A DNA stretch of 64,000 nucleotides from Octopus vulgaris (GCA_951406725.2 OX597815.1:99014001-99078000); one strand, 5' to 3'; positions 13,810-26,706 are shown, numbered from the stretch's first letter. Notes: generated by a model not told the origin, from the sequence alone. Numbers and translations are program-made.

Positions 13810-14240
13810 TGGAGAGCTAGCAGAACCATTGGCACGCTAGATTCTATGTTCAAATTCCGCTGATGTCGACTTTACTTTTCGTCCTTTTGGGTCCGATAAA
13901 TAAAAAAAAAACTAGAGTACTGGGGCGATATAATCGACGTACTTCCCACCGCGAAGTTGCTGGCTTGCACGTCGGGCAAAATGCTTTGCTGCATTTCGTC
14001 CACCTTTTGGTTCTGAGTTCAAATTCCGCCGAGGTTGATTTTGTCTTCCATCCTTTCGGAGTCGACAAAATGCTTAGCAGAATTTCGTCCCAACTTCACG
14101 TTCTGAGATCAAATTCCATTGATGTCGACTTTACCTTTCATGCTTTCGGTATCGATAAAGCAAATAGCAGCTGAAAACTGGTGTCGATGTAATCGACTTA
14201 TCTCCTCTCCTGAAATTGCTGGCTTTGCGCCAAAATTTGA
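13810..14240 (+). mobile_element. Three tandem partial copies of SINE family 3
   Basis: The unit ttcaaattcc...gacttt...tttc(a)tcctttcgg recurs at about 13849, 14018 and 14108. Confidence 0.8.
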
Positions 14241-14242
14241 AA

Positions 14243-14556
<314 letters not shown>

Positions 14557-16479
14557 CCACCTCCTATATTTCTACATTACATAAGCTTGATACATAAGTG
14601 TATTTTTTAAGTCTTTTATCGTTTGTTTTTTGTTTGTGATGATGGTGTTAGAGTTTGTGGGGATGGTGATAGTGAGGGATATTGCTATTGTTGTTGTGGT
14701 GGTGGTGGTGGTGGTGGCGGCAGCAAGGAGACGGGGTTGAACCTATCTATTATGAACTCTAATGTGAAGACAGCATAACTTCCGTAGAACAGTAATCATG
14801 CTTGGCTTTTTGACAATTAAAATTCTGATTGTGCTTGTTACAAAACATTGAAGTAAGTGATTTTGAGATAATCAGCCTTTAGTGATTCTAATAGATAAAG
14901 AAGAGAGTGAAATATGGATGACTTGAAGCGCTGGTGAGACGGAGGCGCTAGACAAGAGTAAAGGAAAAAGAGAAGAGAATGAGATACAGAAAGTGAGAAA
15001 GAAGAAAGGGGAGAGAAAGAACAAAGCAAAAGCAGAGTAAGAGAACGAAGGCTGAAAAAGCGAGGGAGGAAGAGGAAGAGAAAGTGTTGGGGAAAACAGA
15101 GAGACAGAGACAGAGAGCATAGAAAAATTAAGGAATAGGTTAAGAGAAGCAGAGAGAGGGAGTATGAAAGTGAGATAGAGAAACAGACAGAACGATACAA
15201 GGAAGGAGGAAACAGCATGCCAATGCAATTCGTAAGAGAAAAATATGGATGGAAATGAAAGAATGGTCGTCCTTCAAAGAGCAAAATGTAAAGAAAATAA
15301 ATGATTACCATACAAAAAGAAAGTTGAAATGAAAGCAAGAAAGCAGAAGACATTTAATAATGAAACCCGCCTCTCCTCCAACGAAAGAAAGAAAAAATAA
15401 ATGAATAGGAAAAGAAAAGAAAATTAATAGAAAAAGGGAGGGAATAAAACTACCAAGAAGCTGTCGCAAAAATACCGATTAAATGAAACATGAAAGAAGA
15501 GACGTGAATATGATATAATGGAATAGAATTTAGAAAGGCCCACACTGATTTGTCAGCGAAAAGGACTGTAACATGTAGTCACTAAGTTGTCGTCTGCTTA
15601 ATGTCGTCTTAGTTGAATACTGAAGAGAACAAACGAAGTTCGAGCGTTATAAACAAAATAGAAACAAAACTCAAACGAACAGAGACAAAAATTCAAAGAA
15701 GAAGAATCAAAATAATAACAACAGCAAATTGTACTAATAACACCATTAGAAGCACAATGGCTGTCGTCGTCATCGCCATCGTCATCGTCATTACCATCAC
15801 CATGAATATCATCATCATCGCTTTATCATTATCATCATCATGATGATCATCATCCACTTCATTACCAACACCGATACAATTGTTGTCATTATCAACACTA
15901 TTTCTAGTTCTACCACCATTTTGACCACCATTACTACCACAGTCGCAACCATCATCACAACCTTCAATATCACCGCCAACACCCAACATTATTATCACCC
16001 ACCACCTTCCCCCACCTATCATCAATAACAGCGACACTAGAATTACTATGAAAAGCTACGAATATGATGATGACGATTATGATTATAATGACAATAATGT
16101 TTATCATCATCACTACCAGCAACAGCAGCGGCAACACCACTACTAACACTACCGTCGCCGCCATCAACGGCACCAACTCTAACGCCATTATCGTCATTAA
16201 CAACACGCACCCACATAACAGCGAGCAGAAAAATTAGCACCACCTCCACCCCAAAATCTTCGCAACCATCATCGTAATCATTACAACTATCACAATCACA
16301 TCTAACATTTTAGTAAAGAAATAATGATATCGGGGCAGTGGCGGTTGTGGTGATGGTGAAAGTGGTGGTGGTGGTGATGATGATGATGATGAGGAGGAGG
16401 AGGACGACGACGATTATGGGGGATTATGAGGACGACGATGATGAGGAAGAGCATCTCTTTTACTGGCCACAAGATGTTG

Positions 16480-16730
16480 TTTGCTTGCTGCATACCCTTG
16501 CTTCATAGGACTAGAATCATCGCAGCTCAGTGGTCCCAGAGACATTATCATGCATAGAGCCGACCAGATTCACCAGTGCTCCCGATTGCTGGCGGTCCTG
16601 TGCCGGCCCCTCAGCATCTTTCAAACTGACGTCCAGTCTCTGAAGATCTTCCTTAACCACGTGGCCTCTTCTAACTCGCAGCTGCTGCCTGGAATGATCC
16701 TAAGGATGAGTACGAATGAGAGCACGGATG
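16480..16730 (-). mobile_element. RTE-clade LINE 3' fragment
   Basis: Minus-strand translation VVKEDLQRLDVSLKDAEGPAQDRQQSGALVNLVGS resembles the RTE ORF C-terminus (..DL......A.DR..WR.LV). Confidence 0.65.
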
Positions 16731-16839
16731 ATTGTAAAGGATAATCTAGCAGGAGACGGAGGCACAGCCAATGTGAAATACAAAATAATACAATAAAGAA
16801 GAAAGATTCGGAAGTTCACATCGAGAATCCTTAACGAAC

Positions 16840-17025
16840 GAGGCCTGAAATTTTGTAGGAGGTGGCTAATCGAACACATCGAGACCTGTGCTCAACTGGT
16901 ACTTCTTTTAGCCAGCTCGAAAGGTAAATTCTCCCTCGGTGGCATATGAGCTCACAATGTGAGGCCGGAAGAAATGCTGCGAAGCATTTTCTCCGGTGCG
17001 GTAACGTTTCTGACAGCTCGCTTCA
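16840..17025 (-). mobile_element. Decayed SINE family 3
   Basis: Reverse match to 13095-13260 (aacgtttctgacagctcgc; gagctcacaatgt). Confidence 0.7.
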
Positions 17026-17199
17026 TTATACGCAACAATTATCTGATAAGATTATAGAACACCAAAAGTACTAGGAGATTGCAGGAATGGGGAGAAAACG
17101 TATAGTATAATTCCAAATACCTCATACACAATTCCGGATTAATCTAACACACCAGAGACAAAGGATTTTATTCCTGTTCTTGTCCTCGCCTTTGGGATG

Positions 17200-17265
17200 C
17201 ATAACATCAACCTCTTCAGCCATAACATCAACCTCTTCAGCCATAACATCAACCTCTTCAGCCAT
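17200..17265. repeat. Perfect 21-bp tandem repeat x3 (cataacatcaacctcttcagc)
   Basis: Units start at 17200, 17221 and 17242. Confidence 0.95.
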
Positions 17266-17689
17266 TCCAAATTCTCTTCCCACCCTCTCTATCTCTCTCT
17301 CCCCTCCTTCTTTGTCTATAATTAACTCCCTCACCCCTCTCCATCTCACCTTACCATAATCCTCAAGTGAAACTTAAAGAAATTTTTGAGGGTTTGGTCT
17401 GAAAAGAAGAGATATGTACTTAGATTGCCGACGTTCACTACAATTTCTTTCAGTGTACCCAAGTCTACCCGCTTTCCTAAAATCCATCCCCGCCCACCAC
17501 GCAAAATAAGAGTGGTGTCTCAATCTTTACTGTACCCTGATTATTCGCCGGTTGATTCTTATTACTAATGCTGATAGTTGTTCAACATAAACCCGAAAAT
17601 CACCAATGCACCGATAGGGAACGGTTGCTTGTGTGGATCTACTACTACTACTAGTACTACTACTACTACTAATACTAATACTACTACCG

Positions 17690-17744
<55 letters not shown>

Positions 17745-17974
17745 AACTACCACTACCATTTCGACTACTACTTCTACTGCTACTATTTTTTGACACAGCC
17801 CCCATAAACATTCTAGAGTATTTCGCTACATAAATCTCTTGATTCAATATCCTTATTGAGAAAAAAATAATGCATGAAAAAAAAAATGTATTAGGTCATA
17901 ATTGTCTCTTTAGTTATTTCCTTCCTTTCTTTGTTTTCTTTCTAACCCTTTTCTTGTCTTCTTTCTCTCCTTTC

Positions 17975-18012
<38 letters not shown>

Positions 18013-18357
18013 TCTCTCTCTCGCTTTCTCACTCTCCCTTTCTTTTTGCACAACCTTTGATTAATATTATAATAGTGCTGAAATTGGCAAAGAAGCAGAC
18101 TAATTAAATTATTATCGTCTTTGTTATCATTTTTATTGTTATTCTTGTTCTTCTAGCATTTCGAATTATAAAAACAACGGGAACAACAACAACAGCATCA
18201 TCATCATCACCATCATTATGTTTCATTTGCTATTTTCTCATGTTTCCATTTATACTTCAACTATTCTCTTTCTCTGTCTTTCTCTTCCACCCCGTTGAAA
18301 CTTATGATTAATAGCGCCATTATCGTCATCTTCATCATCATCATCAACATCATCATC

Positions 18358-18391
<34 letters not shown>

Positions 18392-18417
18392 TTAATAATG
18401 ATAATAATAATAATGAC

Positions 18418-18476
<59 letters not shown>

Positions 18477-18499
18477 TGATGACGACGACGACGACGATA

Positions 18500-18565
<66 letters not shown>

Positions 18566-18757
18566 GTCTTTATTGTTATTGATCTTTATTGTCGCTATAG
18601 ATTTTGCAAACAACTGTTTGACAGAGAAGTCCCCCATTATAATAAAGTTTCCAAAATATTTTTAAGTACAGTTGAATTACTCACTTGCAATGCGCAACGT
18701 ATTTCGAAGACGGCATACGCATCCACATGCACACATGCACACATACACGCATACACG

Positions 18758-18841
<84 letters not shown>

Positions 18842-18871
18842 ATGTTTAAAAACATAAGACGCACAATCATA

Positions 18872-19315
18872 CAAGGGGTTACCCAAGAGTAAGTGGAAAC
18901 GTTCTCTGTGGGTCAAACCTGCTGTAGTTCAAGATTCTGCTGCTAGAAGCCACTTGATGCAACCCTCAGGCATCAGTCTGCCAACCGGCATCGTTGAGTT
19001 GAGTCGTACTGCCACGTGGTGCGTCTTTGTTTGGCAGTGCTTCTCCCTTTGTCGTCGATTTTTAAAATGGCTGAAACGAAGAAACAGCATGCTTCCTTGA
19101 AATTCTATGTTATGCTGGAGAAAACGGCAGCCGAAACTGTCGTCATACTTCAAACTTACAAGGACGCTGTCATGAACAAAGCACAAGCTAACGAGATGTT
19201 TCGACGCTTTAGGAATGGTCATTGTCTCTTGAAGACCAATCTTGTTCAGGGCGACCGACGACCTGCCGAACGAATGAAAACGTCACGAAAATTCATGAAC
19301 TGATCTTGGATAGTC
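18872..19315 (+). mobile_element. Mariner element, 5' fragment (left end + N-terminal HTH)
   Basis: TA|CAAGGGG terminus. ATG 19067 gives MAETKKQHASLKFYVMLEKTAAETVVIL...MFRRFRNG, then frameshifted EDQSCSGRPT...NENVTKIHELI. Confidence 0.8.
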
Positions 19316-19582
19316 GATAGTCGATAGTGATGATGTTGAAAGGCATAATAATCATGGTTTAGCAATTTCACTACACCTGCTGGAAAAGTTTGTCTGATAC
19401 TGATAAAGCTCTATGACTTTTAGCACTACACGTCAATAAGAGAAGCTTTCTCAAGACAAATAGTATATTTATGTGGCCTTCTATATGTATATGCACGTTT
19501 CAAAAGACATATACAATTATATATATATATATATATATATATACATGCATATATATGCACGCATGCGTGTGTGTGTGTACTT

Positions 19583-19768
19583 ACCCACAGAAAAGCAAAA
19601 ATGCAAATATTCCCAAATATCGAATTTCGCAGTGCACCTCAACATGTGTGTATTTGTTCAAAATAGTACAGACCAGTTTATTTACTTCTGTACAATTCCG
19701 ACCAAATAACACGTGTTGAGGCGGACTGCGAAATTTGATGCGTATATATTTGTGAATTTTCTGTGGGT
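19583..19768. repeat. Imperfect ~185-bp palindrome
   Basis: acccacagaaaa...atcgaatttcgcagtgcacctcaacatgtgt...tatttgttc...gtacaga pairs with tctgtac...gaccaaata acacgtgttgaggcggactgcgaaatttgat...ttttctgtgggt. Confidence 0.9.
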
Positions 19769-19802
19769 GTGTATAAATATTTTCATTTATTTCGTTCAGT
19801 AT

Positions 19803-19858
19803 GTTTTGCTGATGAGGGGGGAAATTTTAACTAATCCAGAAATTGATCAATTCAAAAC
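19803..19858 (+). ncRNA. Type I hammerhead ribozyme-like motif (Penelope-type, palindromic stem III)
   Basis: Stem I GTTTTG/CAAAAC, canonical CTGATGA, GAAA, stem III A-TTGA/TCAA-T and UH = TT. Stem II is weak (GG/CC with an A before GAAA). Confidence 0.65.
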
Positions 19859-20133
19859 TACCTGAATTATTTTATGCATTTGTAGTCAGTCTGCTTTCCC
19901 GCTTTCAGCTTGTGTATATAAGTGGAGTGAATATTTGAAGTGGTTGGAGTATTCGGCGTCTTCTTTCAGCATACAGGCATGGTAGCTTCTGTGTCCTTGA
20001 ATATAATTATACCCTATACAATTATATATCTCTATATGTATATTATTTAAAAGGTTTTTTTTATTTGCTGGCCACTGATAAAATTCTTTAATTTTAATGA
20101 TTTATCTTTTAATTATATATGTATATATGTGTG

Positions 20134-20170
<37 letters not shown>

Positions 20171-22130
20171 CTTTCTAAGACATCTCAACGCTTCTAAAGC
20201 AAATTTCGTTTGTTTGTTTACGTTCATGAGGTTATTGCTCCTACAATCAGACTCATCCAGGTCGCACCCGCAGCTTCCATGCTTGATGCGACGCCCTCCT
20301 ACTCGACCGGCTATTGCACAACGTAAAGTATCAGGTCCAATAAGGCTTGCACAACACCACACAGATCCTCTCCCTCCTACTTAAATGATCTAAAGACAAG
20401 TCAGAGCCAATCCATACATAGCTGGTCTTACATCAGAGTGACCTTCGTCCAAGAAACACACTTTAATAAACGCTATGGGGTGCCTCACTAACCGTAGTCT
20501 TCTAACACGGTGGACAATGACCCGGGATTTCTGAGAGCCCTTTATATTGCTAGGTAGTCATTGAACCGAAATACGGTCCATTTGACTGATTTTGTTTTTA
20601 ATCCTGTTGAGTTTCTAGCAACCTCCTCAAATGTAATCCTTTAGATTAACAAAATAAAAAAATAACTAGTCTTGTATATTAATACGGACATATATTATAT
20701 GCCCTGAACAGTTAGTGTTTCTAGAAGTTAGATATATAACAATACTTTCCTTTAGTTTCTCCTTAATGCACAGATACACAATAAATTCATTTATGTGTGT
20801 AATTGTATGAGTCTATTTTTAATGATACATACACACACTTTCACAAACACATATATGTATGTATAGAGAGATAAGATACATATGCACATAGGTAAGTATT
20901 TATACACATACACAACCTGCGTATATACATATATAGAGAGGGAAGAAGAGGGAGAAGGAGAAGGGAGAGAGAAGGAGAGAGGGAGACAGAGATATGTGTA
21001 TATAAAAATGAAATCAGTATATCTCAGTTATTTTTACCCTAGAACAAATATTTGCTAGAAAAAGCTAAACTTTCATTTTTGTTTTGGTAGACTATTTTGC
21101 TTCTTATTGTATCACACTCTATCTTCTTTAATTCAACCTTTGAGATTTCAGTTTGTGAAAAATATTCTTCTATACTGATAAGACATGTTACCTTGTATGG
21201 TATTTGTTTTTGCTGCCAGGAAATTAGAAATATTTTCTTATCATGAAATAAGCAACACTATCATTGAATCGTATAGAAACGATAAATGGTATTCATTAAT
21301 AGTTGGAATGTAATAGATTTTTACCATGTTTTAACCTTCAAATGAATTTTCTTACACGTTGTATTTAATCCAATAATTTTGTGTTTATGTACGAAACTTT
21401 CTAGTTGATAAATATTCTTGTTTTCGAAACAGTTTTCAACAAACAAATAATATCACTGATATCGCTTCTTATATCTATCATTACCACATTTATCAACGGG
21501 GAAGCCTACATATAATCATCTGATATATCAGAAATATATGTCGAATTCCTTCACATTACAACCTACTGTCTGGAGAAAAAAAGATGGCAACAATAGTTAA
21601 TGTAGTCGTACGTATGTAGTACTAAAGGAAGGCAACGGCATTGATTCTATATCTGTTTGATTAAGGCTAACCTGAGTGATACATTTTATCTCTGGTCTGG
21701 TTTAACAAAGATACCTCAGTCGCGCGTACCTTCAGTGGAGTCCACTCAAGTACGAGTTAGAGCTAGACCACCTCCAATTCTCGGAGACCCAAAACTGTCA
21801 CATATCTATGCCTTTTTACCTTTGGTGACGGCATTAAAAACAAGAGTGGTATTTAACACAAACCCACAGATTCACAACACATACACCATACTTGCCCATG
21901 ACTTACCGAATGTTAACAATATCGATAACGGTTGCATTAAAATCTATACTCTAAATCTATAATGGGCGCTATGTCCGTGTGTCTGTCCCTCTGTCAGTCT
22001 GTTCCCTCTTCGCGGTTAAACGGCTGCACCAAAGGTCAAGATGTTTTTCGGGAATACGGAGGTAATCAGGAAGATTTGTAGCGGGAAAATGTAAAAAAAT
22101 ACGATTATTTAGTGGATATTGAGTTTTGTA

Positions 22131-22545
22131 TTACTCTTTTACTCTTTTACTTGTTTCAGTCATTTGACTGTGGGCATGCTGGAGCACCGCCTTTAGTCGA
22201 GCAAATCAACCCTAGGACTTCTTCTTTGTAAGCCTAGTACTTATTCTATCGGTCTATTTTGCCGAACTGCTATGTTACGGGGACGTAAACACACCAGCAT
22301 CAATTGTCAAGTGATGTTGGAGGGGGAACAAACACAGACACACAAATTTATACACACACATACATATATATATACATATATACGACAGGCTTCTTTCAGT
22401 TTCTGTCGACCAAATCCACTCACAAAGCTTTGGTCAGCCAAAGGCTATAGTAGAAGACTTGCCCAAGGTCGCACGCAGTGGGACTGAATCCGGAACCATG
22501 TGGTTGGTAAGCAAGCTACTTACCACACAGCCAATCCTACGCCTA
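22131..22545 (-). mobile_element. SINE family 1, full length, nested in the Helitron
   Basis: tRNA-like head (tggctgtgtggtaag; ggttccggattcagtccc), CORE-like gaccttgggcaagtcttc, internal microsatellite and (gagtaaaa)n tail. Confidence 0.9.
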
Positions 22546-23229
22546 TAAATCTTTATTAATAAATCATTGACTTTTTTTGTTAAAATTCCACCTCGTGGAT
22601 TAACTCTGGATTTCCCCCTCGTATAGTTCGTGAATTTAGAGGGTTTACATTTGCGATACTTTCCCCTTATTTCCCTATTTCCCATCGTAGATGGGAAGAT
22701 TCGCTATCTTACTATAATGAGCGTTATGTCCGTCCGTCTTTCCGTCTCTTTGCCTGCTCCCTCTTCACGGCCAGACGACTGAAGCAATGGTTACGATATT
22801 TTTCGGGATTACAAAGACGGTAGTCAAGAAGGGTTGACTAGCATTAAAAAATCAGAAAATATGATTATTTCATGACTATCGATTTTTGAATTCATAAACT
22901 ACTTTCGCAATTCTTATCAAAAGTACATCTATCACGAGTAACTCTGGATTTTCATAGTATAGTTCGTGTTCCCATCGTAGATACGAAGTGGGCTGCGAGG
23001 ACGGTTAATACCGAAAATAAAATGGAAAATGTGTGTGTCAGTATATAGTGTGTGTGTGATTATTTAGTTGTTATTGAAGTGTGTCAGTTTCAAACAGGAT
23101 TCGAAACGGCTAATCGAAGCGGCTGTTGTTTACATCTCAGTTTTGTCAATTAAAATAACCCATGGTACTAGAATATACAGACATTATTCGCATAGATCAG
23201 TGAGAAGTAAGTCTTAGTTTGAGTCTTTG

Positions 23230-23428
23230 CAACCCTAAAGATACCGCTTGCGCATTCACAGCAAACAAGACACAGGGCCAGACTTTTGATCGTGTAGGTG
23301 TATTTTTAAGGATTCTCTTGTTTACACACGGCCAGGTATACGTCGCCATGATTAGAGCAAGGGACTCTAGTAATTTGAAAATTAGTGTCGGCCAAACTGA
23401 AAATATTGTTTACAAAGAAGTTTTGTAA
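23230..23428 (+). pseudogene. Helitron Rep/Hel PIF1-family helicase C-terminal fragment
   Basis: AFTANKTQGQTFDRVGVFL...FTHGQVYVAMIRA...TENIVYKEVL matches PIF1 motifs V/VI (TINKSQGQT, HGQLYVALSR) and the NIVY.EVL terminus. Confidence 0.9.
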
Positions 23429-23984
23429 TCATATTGATATTATCGAAACGAATATGATTCAAAATTTAAATAAAGAAATTTGTGAACTTTGAAAGTATGA
23501 GAGTATAAACAAACGTAAACAACTAAAATAAAGTCTAAGCAACTAAAATAAAATTATATCTAAATAACATTTTTTTCTTAATACTTTGTATGAAGTGGTC
23601 GAAGGATACTCTGGCTTTCGTTAGGTGTGGTCCACATAACTATTCATGTTAGAGAAATAGACTGGGAATCTATATTAGTTCGGCAGTGAATCGTCATCAT
23701 ATGTCAGTCGCAAACACATCTCATATAGTTGCAACAGAATGCTGTTCACCAACAATAAGGTAATTTCTCTAGGACATCACCCAGTAATCTACCAAGTCCA
23801 GTTACACATTTCTCAATGCATACTGCTGTTATGACTTCCCTCCCTCATTTTATGCCTCCATCGTTGATGGGTAGACTTGTTAGTATTCGTAACTGAATAA
23901 TGTAATTCTTTTCCTCAGTTCTTTTATGCTATCACCCATTACATTGCTGAATGTTAATATTCATAAAATATTGATTTCAAATTT

Positions 23985-24187
23985 TCGCACAAAGCCTGAA
24001 ATTTCGGTGGAAGGGGTTCGTTTATTTGACCAAACCCAGTATGTAACTGGTATTTATTTTATTGACACTGAAAGAATGAAAGACAAAGACGACATCGCTA
24101 GAATTTGAACTCAGAACGTGAAGATGGACGAAATGCAGTTCAGCATTTCGTCCGACGTGATAAACGATTCTGCTAGCTCGTCGTCTT
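23985..24187 (-). mobile_element. SINE family 3
   Basis: gaatttgaactcagaacgt...cagcatttcgtcc...tgctagctcg is the reverse of the family 3 head. Confidence 0.8.
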
Positions 24188-25534
24188 ATATATTAATAAA
24201 CTATTAAATGAATGAGATATGTAGTAAATGTTCACAGAAAAGATTCGCCATTAACTTCAATTTTCCTCTTAGGCGCTAAAAGAATACAAAACATCGAGGT
24301 CACTGTTAATGTCTCACAATGAAGAGGGGAGAAAATTTAAGAAAATAAGAAATAATTTTAAAATAAATTCATTTACATTCTTGGAAGGAAAAACCAATTT
24401 ATATTTTTAGTGATAAATTTGGACTTTATTTGAAGAATCAAGCTTGATTGCATCATTTTAGGAGAAATAAAACCAAAATCTATCAATAATTGTTATTGAC
24501 CCTTAAAACAAAGGGAGATAATTTCGAAAAATTGCTAATTATTCTTAAAAATGTTTTATATGCTTTTAAGATAATCCTAATATTCTTATCAAGCAACAAC
24601 TTTGTATCATTTTAATTTCTAATTTCTAGCTATTATCTTCTTTATTTCTCATTCGTTAACAGTGTTTCTTTCTCTTTCGACAAATAAGTAAGTTTTCTCT
24701 CAAGTTAGTTCATGATACTCGTCTACTCCAATTACTCCCCTTAGTTCGTTTATTTTTATTTTTATTGCTAAATATGATTGTCGTATCCCTGTTCAGCAAT
24801 CATATAGAACATGAATCAGTGTAGAAGTTTCTATATTCTTTTCTGATATATTAGAAATAGCAGCCAAGTCACGGACAAATCAAACCCTAAGAAGTTTTTA
24901 ACCTCTGTCTTGTAACACACGTGCGTGCTGTATGTGGTTTGTGGTATATCGTGAACTTTTAAAACCACTCTAAAACTATCCAAATATTTAGAAAATTTGA
25001 GCTTTTTCAATGCACCACACCGGTACAAGCGTGCCTATTTGTAACGAAGTGTAACGCGTTCGTGCATAGTTAATTTACACCATTTAAGCGCTTTTCATTT
25101 AGTAAGGCTTTTAAAAACTGATACGCCATAATACTTTTGATATATTATTTTATATATACGGAATCGAGAAATATTGATAATCGGTGCTCTGCTGCTTGAT
25201 ATACAGAAAAAGCTTTGGCTGATAACTATTCACAAATTCCGAGTGCATATGTGAGATATGTAATGAAGCTTTGTGATATATGGGATACATAAATAGTTGT
25301 TTCAGTTGCATCTATAACAGAGTATCTAAGAGGGATATTGCTATTGATAAATCTAGTGTTAAAAGCTTTAAAACTAAGCAAATCCATCAACTTTTTGTTG
25401 GCAAAGGTTGCAAACGCTACGGTTTCATCAGGAAATCTTCTTTTAGTAGCTAGGCTAAATGAATGCGTACTATAATCATAGACAGTAAAGTTTCCTTACA
25501 TTTCGATAAATTTATTTGTAAATTTATTTGTAAG

Positions 25535-25790
25535 TAGATAGGGTTAAAATCCAAGCTGTGTCCCCTTGAAGCACATCATAATCCAGTATTTCAAATCTGT
25601 GTGTAAATGTTACATTATGCATACCTCACAGGTATGCATAAGAGATGAAAATACTGGATGATATACATTTGCAGAGTAAGTTTATAACAAAACATGAGCT
25701 TAGAAAAATTGTTGGTATTATATACGCTCCATTACACACGTTATACTTGCTTAATAGGAGTTACAGAATTGTACATGCAGTGAGAACATG
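25535..25790. repeat. Unclassified dispersed repeat with internal hairpin; second copy at about 47955-48200
   Basis: Shared aaatcc.ag.tgt.tcc.cttgaagcacatc and tgcagag...taacaaaaca...ccattaca. Perfect 12-bp stem ttatgcatacct/aggtatgcataa at 25615-25641. Confidence 0.6.
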
Positions 25791-25916
25791 TAAGGTACCT
25801 CCTACGAGAAATTCTTCAAGCAGAAAATCAAATGATACAAAATTTACATTTGGATTATGCGCTTATATGTATATAACTAAAAATCAGGAGTCATTAAGAT
25901 AGAGAGAATTAAAAAA

Positions 25917-26306
25917 GGCTGTATGGGAAGAAGCTTACTTCCCAACTAAATGTTTCCGGGTTCCGACTCACTGTGTGGTACCTTGGGCAAGCGTCTTCGA
26001 TTGTAGACGACCAAAACCTTGTGAGTGGATTTGGTAGACGGAAACTCAAAGAAGCTCGTTGGGTATATATGCGTGGGCGTATTTGCGCACGCGCATGTGT
26101 GTGTGTGTGTCTTTGAGTTGATGGTTGTCCCACCACTACCACAAGACAACCGGTGTTGGTATGTGTACATCCCCGTAAATTAGCGGTTGAGCAATAGAGA
26201 ACGATACAGTAAGTATTGGATCTGACAAGAAATAAGTAGTGGATCGATTCATTCAAATAAAACAAGGTGGTGCCCCAGCATGATTGGAATATAATGACTG
26301 CAAAAG
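25917..26306 (+). mobile_element. SINE family 1, near full length
   Basis: ggtaccttgggcaagcgtcttc...ccttgtgagtggatttggtagacggaaact...gcggtt...ggtgccccagcatg. Confidence 0.85.
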
Positions 26307-26311
26307 ATACG

Positions 26312-26345
<34 letters not shown>

Positions 26346-26349
<4 letters not shown>

Positions 26350-26632
26350 CATGATCACCGTGACCGACCAGGCTATCAGATGTTGCTACAGATCACAATG
26401 CACTTCGTATTGTTTTAGCCTTCAAATGACGCCACCCCGCTGGCTAAGAGAGCAGGCCAACAGAAGAAAGAGTGAGAGAAAGTTGTGGCGAAAGAGTACA
26501 GCAGGGATCGTCACCACTCCCTGCCGGAGCCTCGTGGAGCTTTAGGTGTTTTCGCTCAATAAACACTCACAACGCCCGGTCTGGGAATCGAAGCCGCGAG
26601 TCCGCTGCCCTAACCACTGGGCCATTGCGCCT

Positions 26633-26635
<3 letters not shown>
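26346..26635 (-). mobile_element. tRNA-derived SINE, head B + tail Y
   Basis: Head ggaggcgcaatggcccagtggttagggcagcggactcgc...ttcgattccc matches 45602. The tail matches 46219-46344. Confidence 0.85.

Positions 26636-26706
<71 letters not shown>

Larger units (their letters stand above)
21943..23428 (+). mobile_element. Helitron remnant: two tandem 5' ends plus helicase C-terminus
   Basis: A|TC starts at 21943 and 22707, each followed by ctataatg.gcg.tatgtccgt, a (GTCY)n tract and acggctg/acgactg (DINE-1/Lep1-like layout). Both share taactctggattt...gtatagttcgtg...ttcccatcgtagat. No clear 3' hairpin-CTRR end seen. Confidence 0.8.

Noticed and set aside
15618-15655. CTGAAGA-GAAC...GTTC hammerhead-like motif
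   Set aside because: It is followed by GAGC rather than GAAA, and stem I barely pairs; consistent with chance.
17040-17199. Additional R4/Dong endonuclease fragment
   Set aside because: Similarity is limited to two short, heavily decayed motifs; not enough to call.
17200-17265. CRISPR-like repeat
   Set aside because: The units are contiguous with no spacers, there are no cas genes, and the context is eukaryotic.
26560-26635. tRNA-like sequences (also near 45602, 62088, 13095 and 33823)
   Set aside because: They have A/B boxes but no complete cloverleaf and run straight into SINE bodies; they are SINE heads, not tRNA genes.
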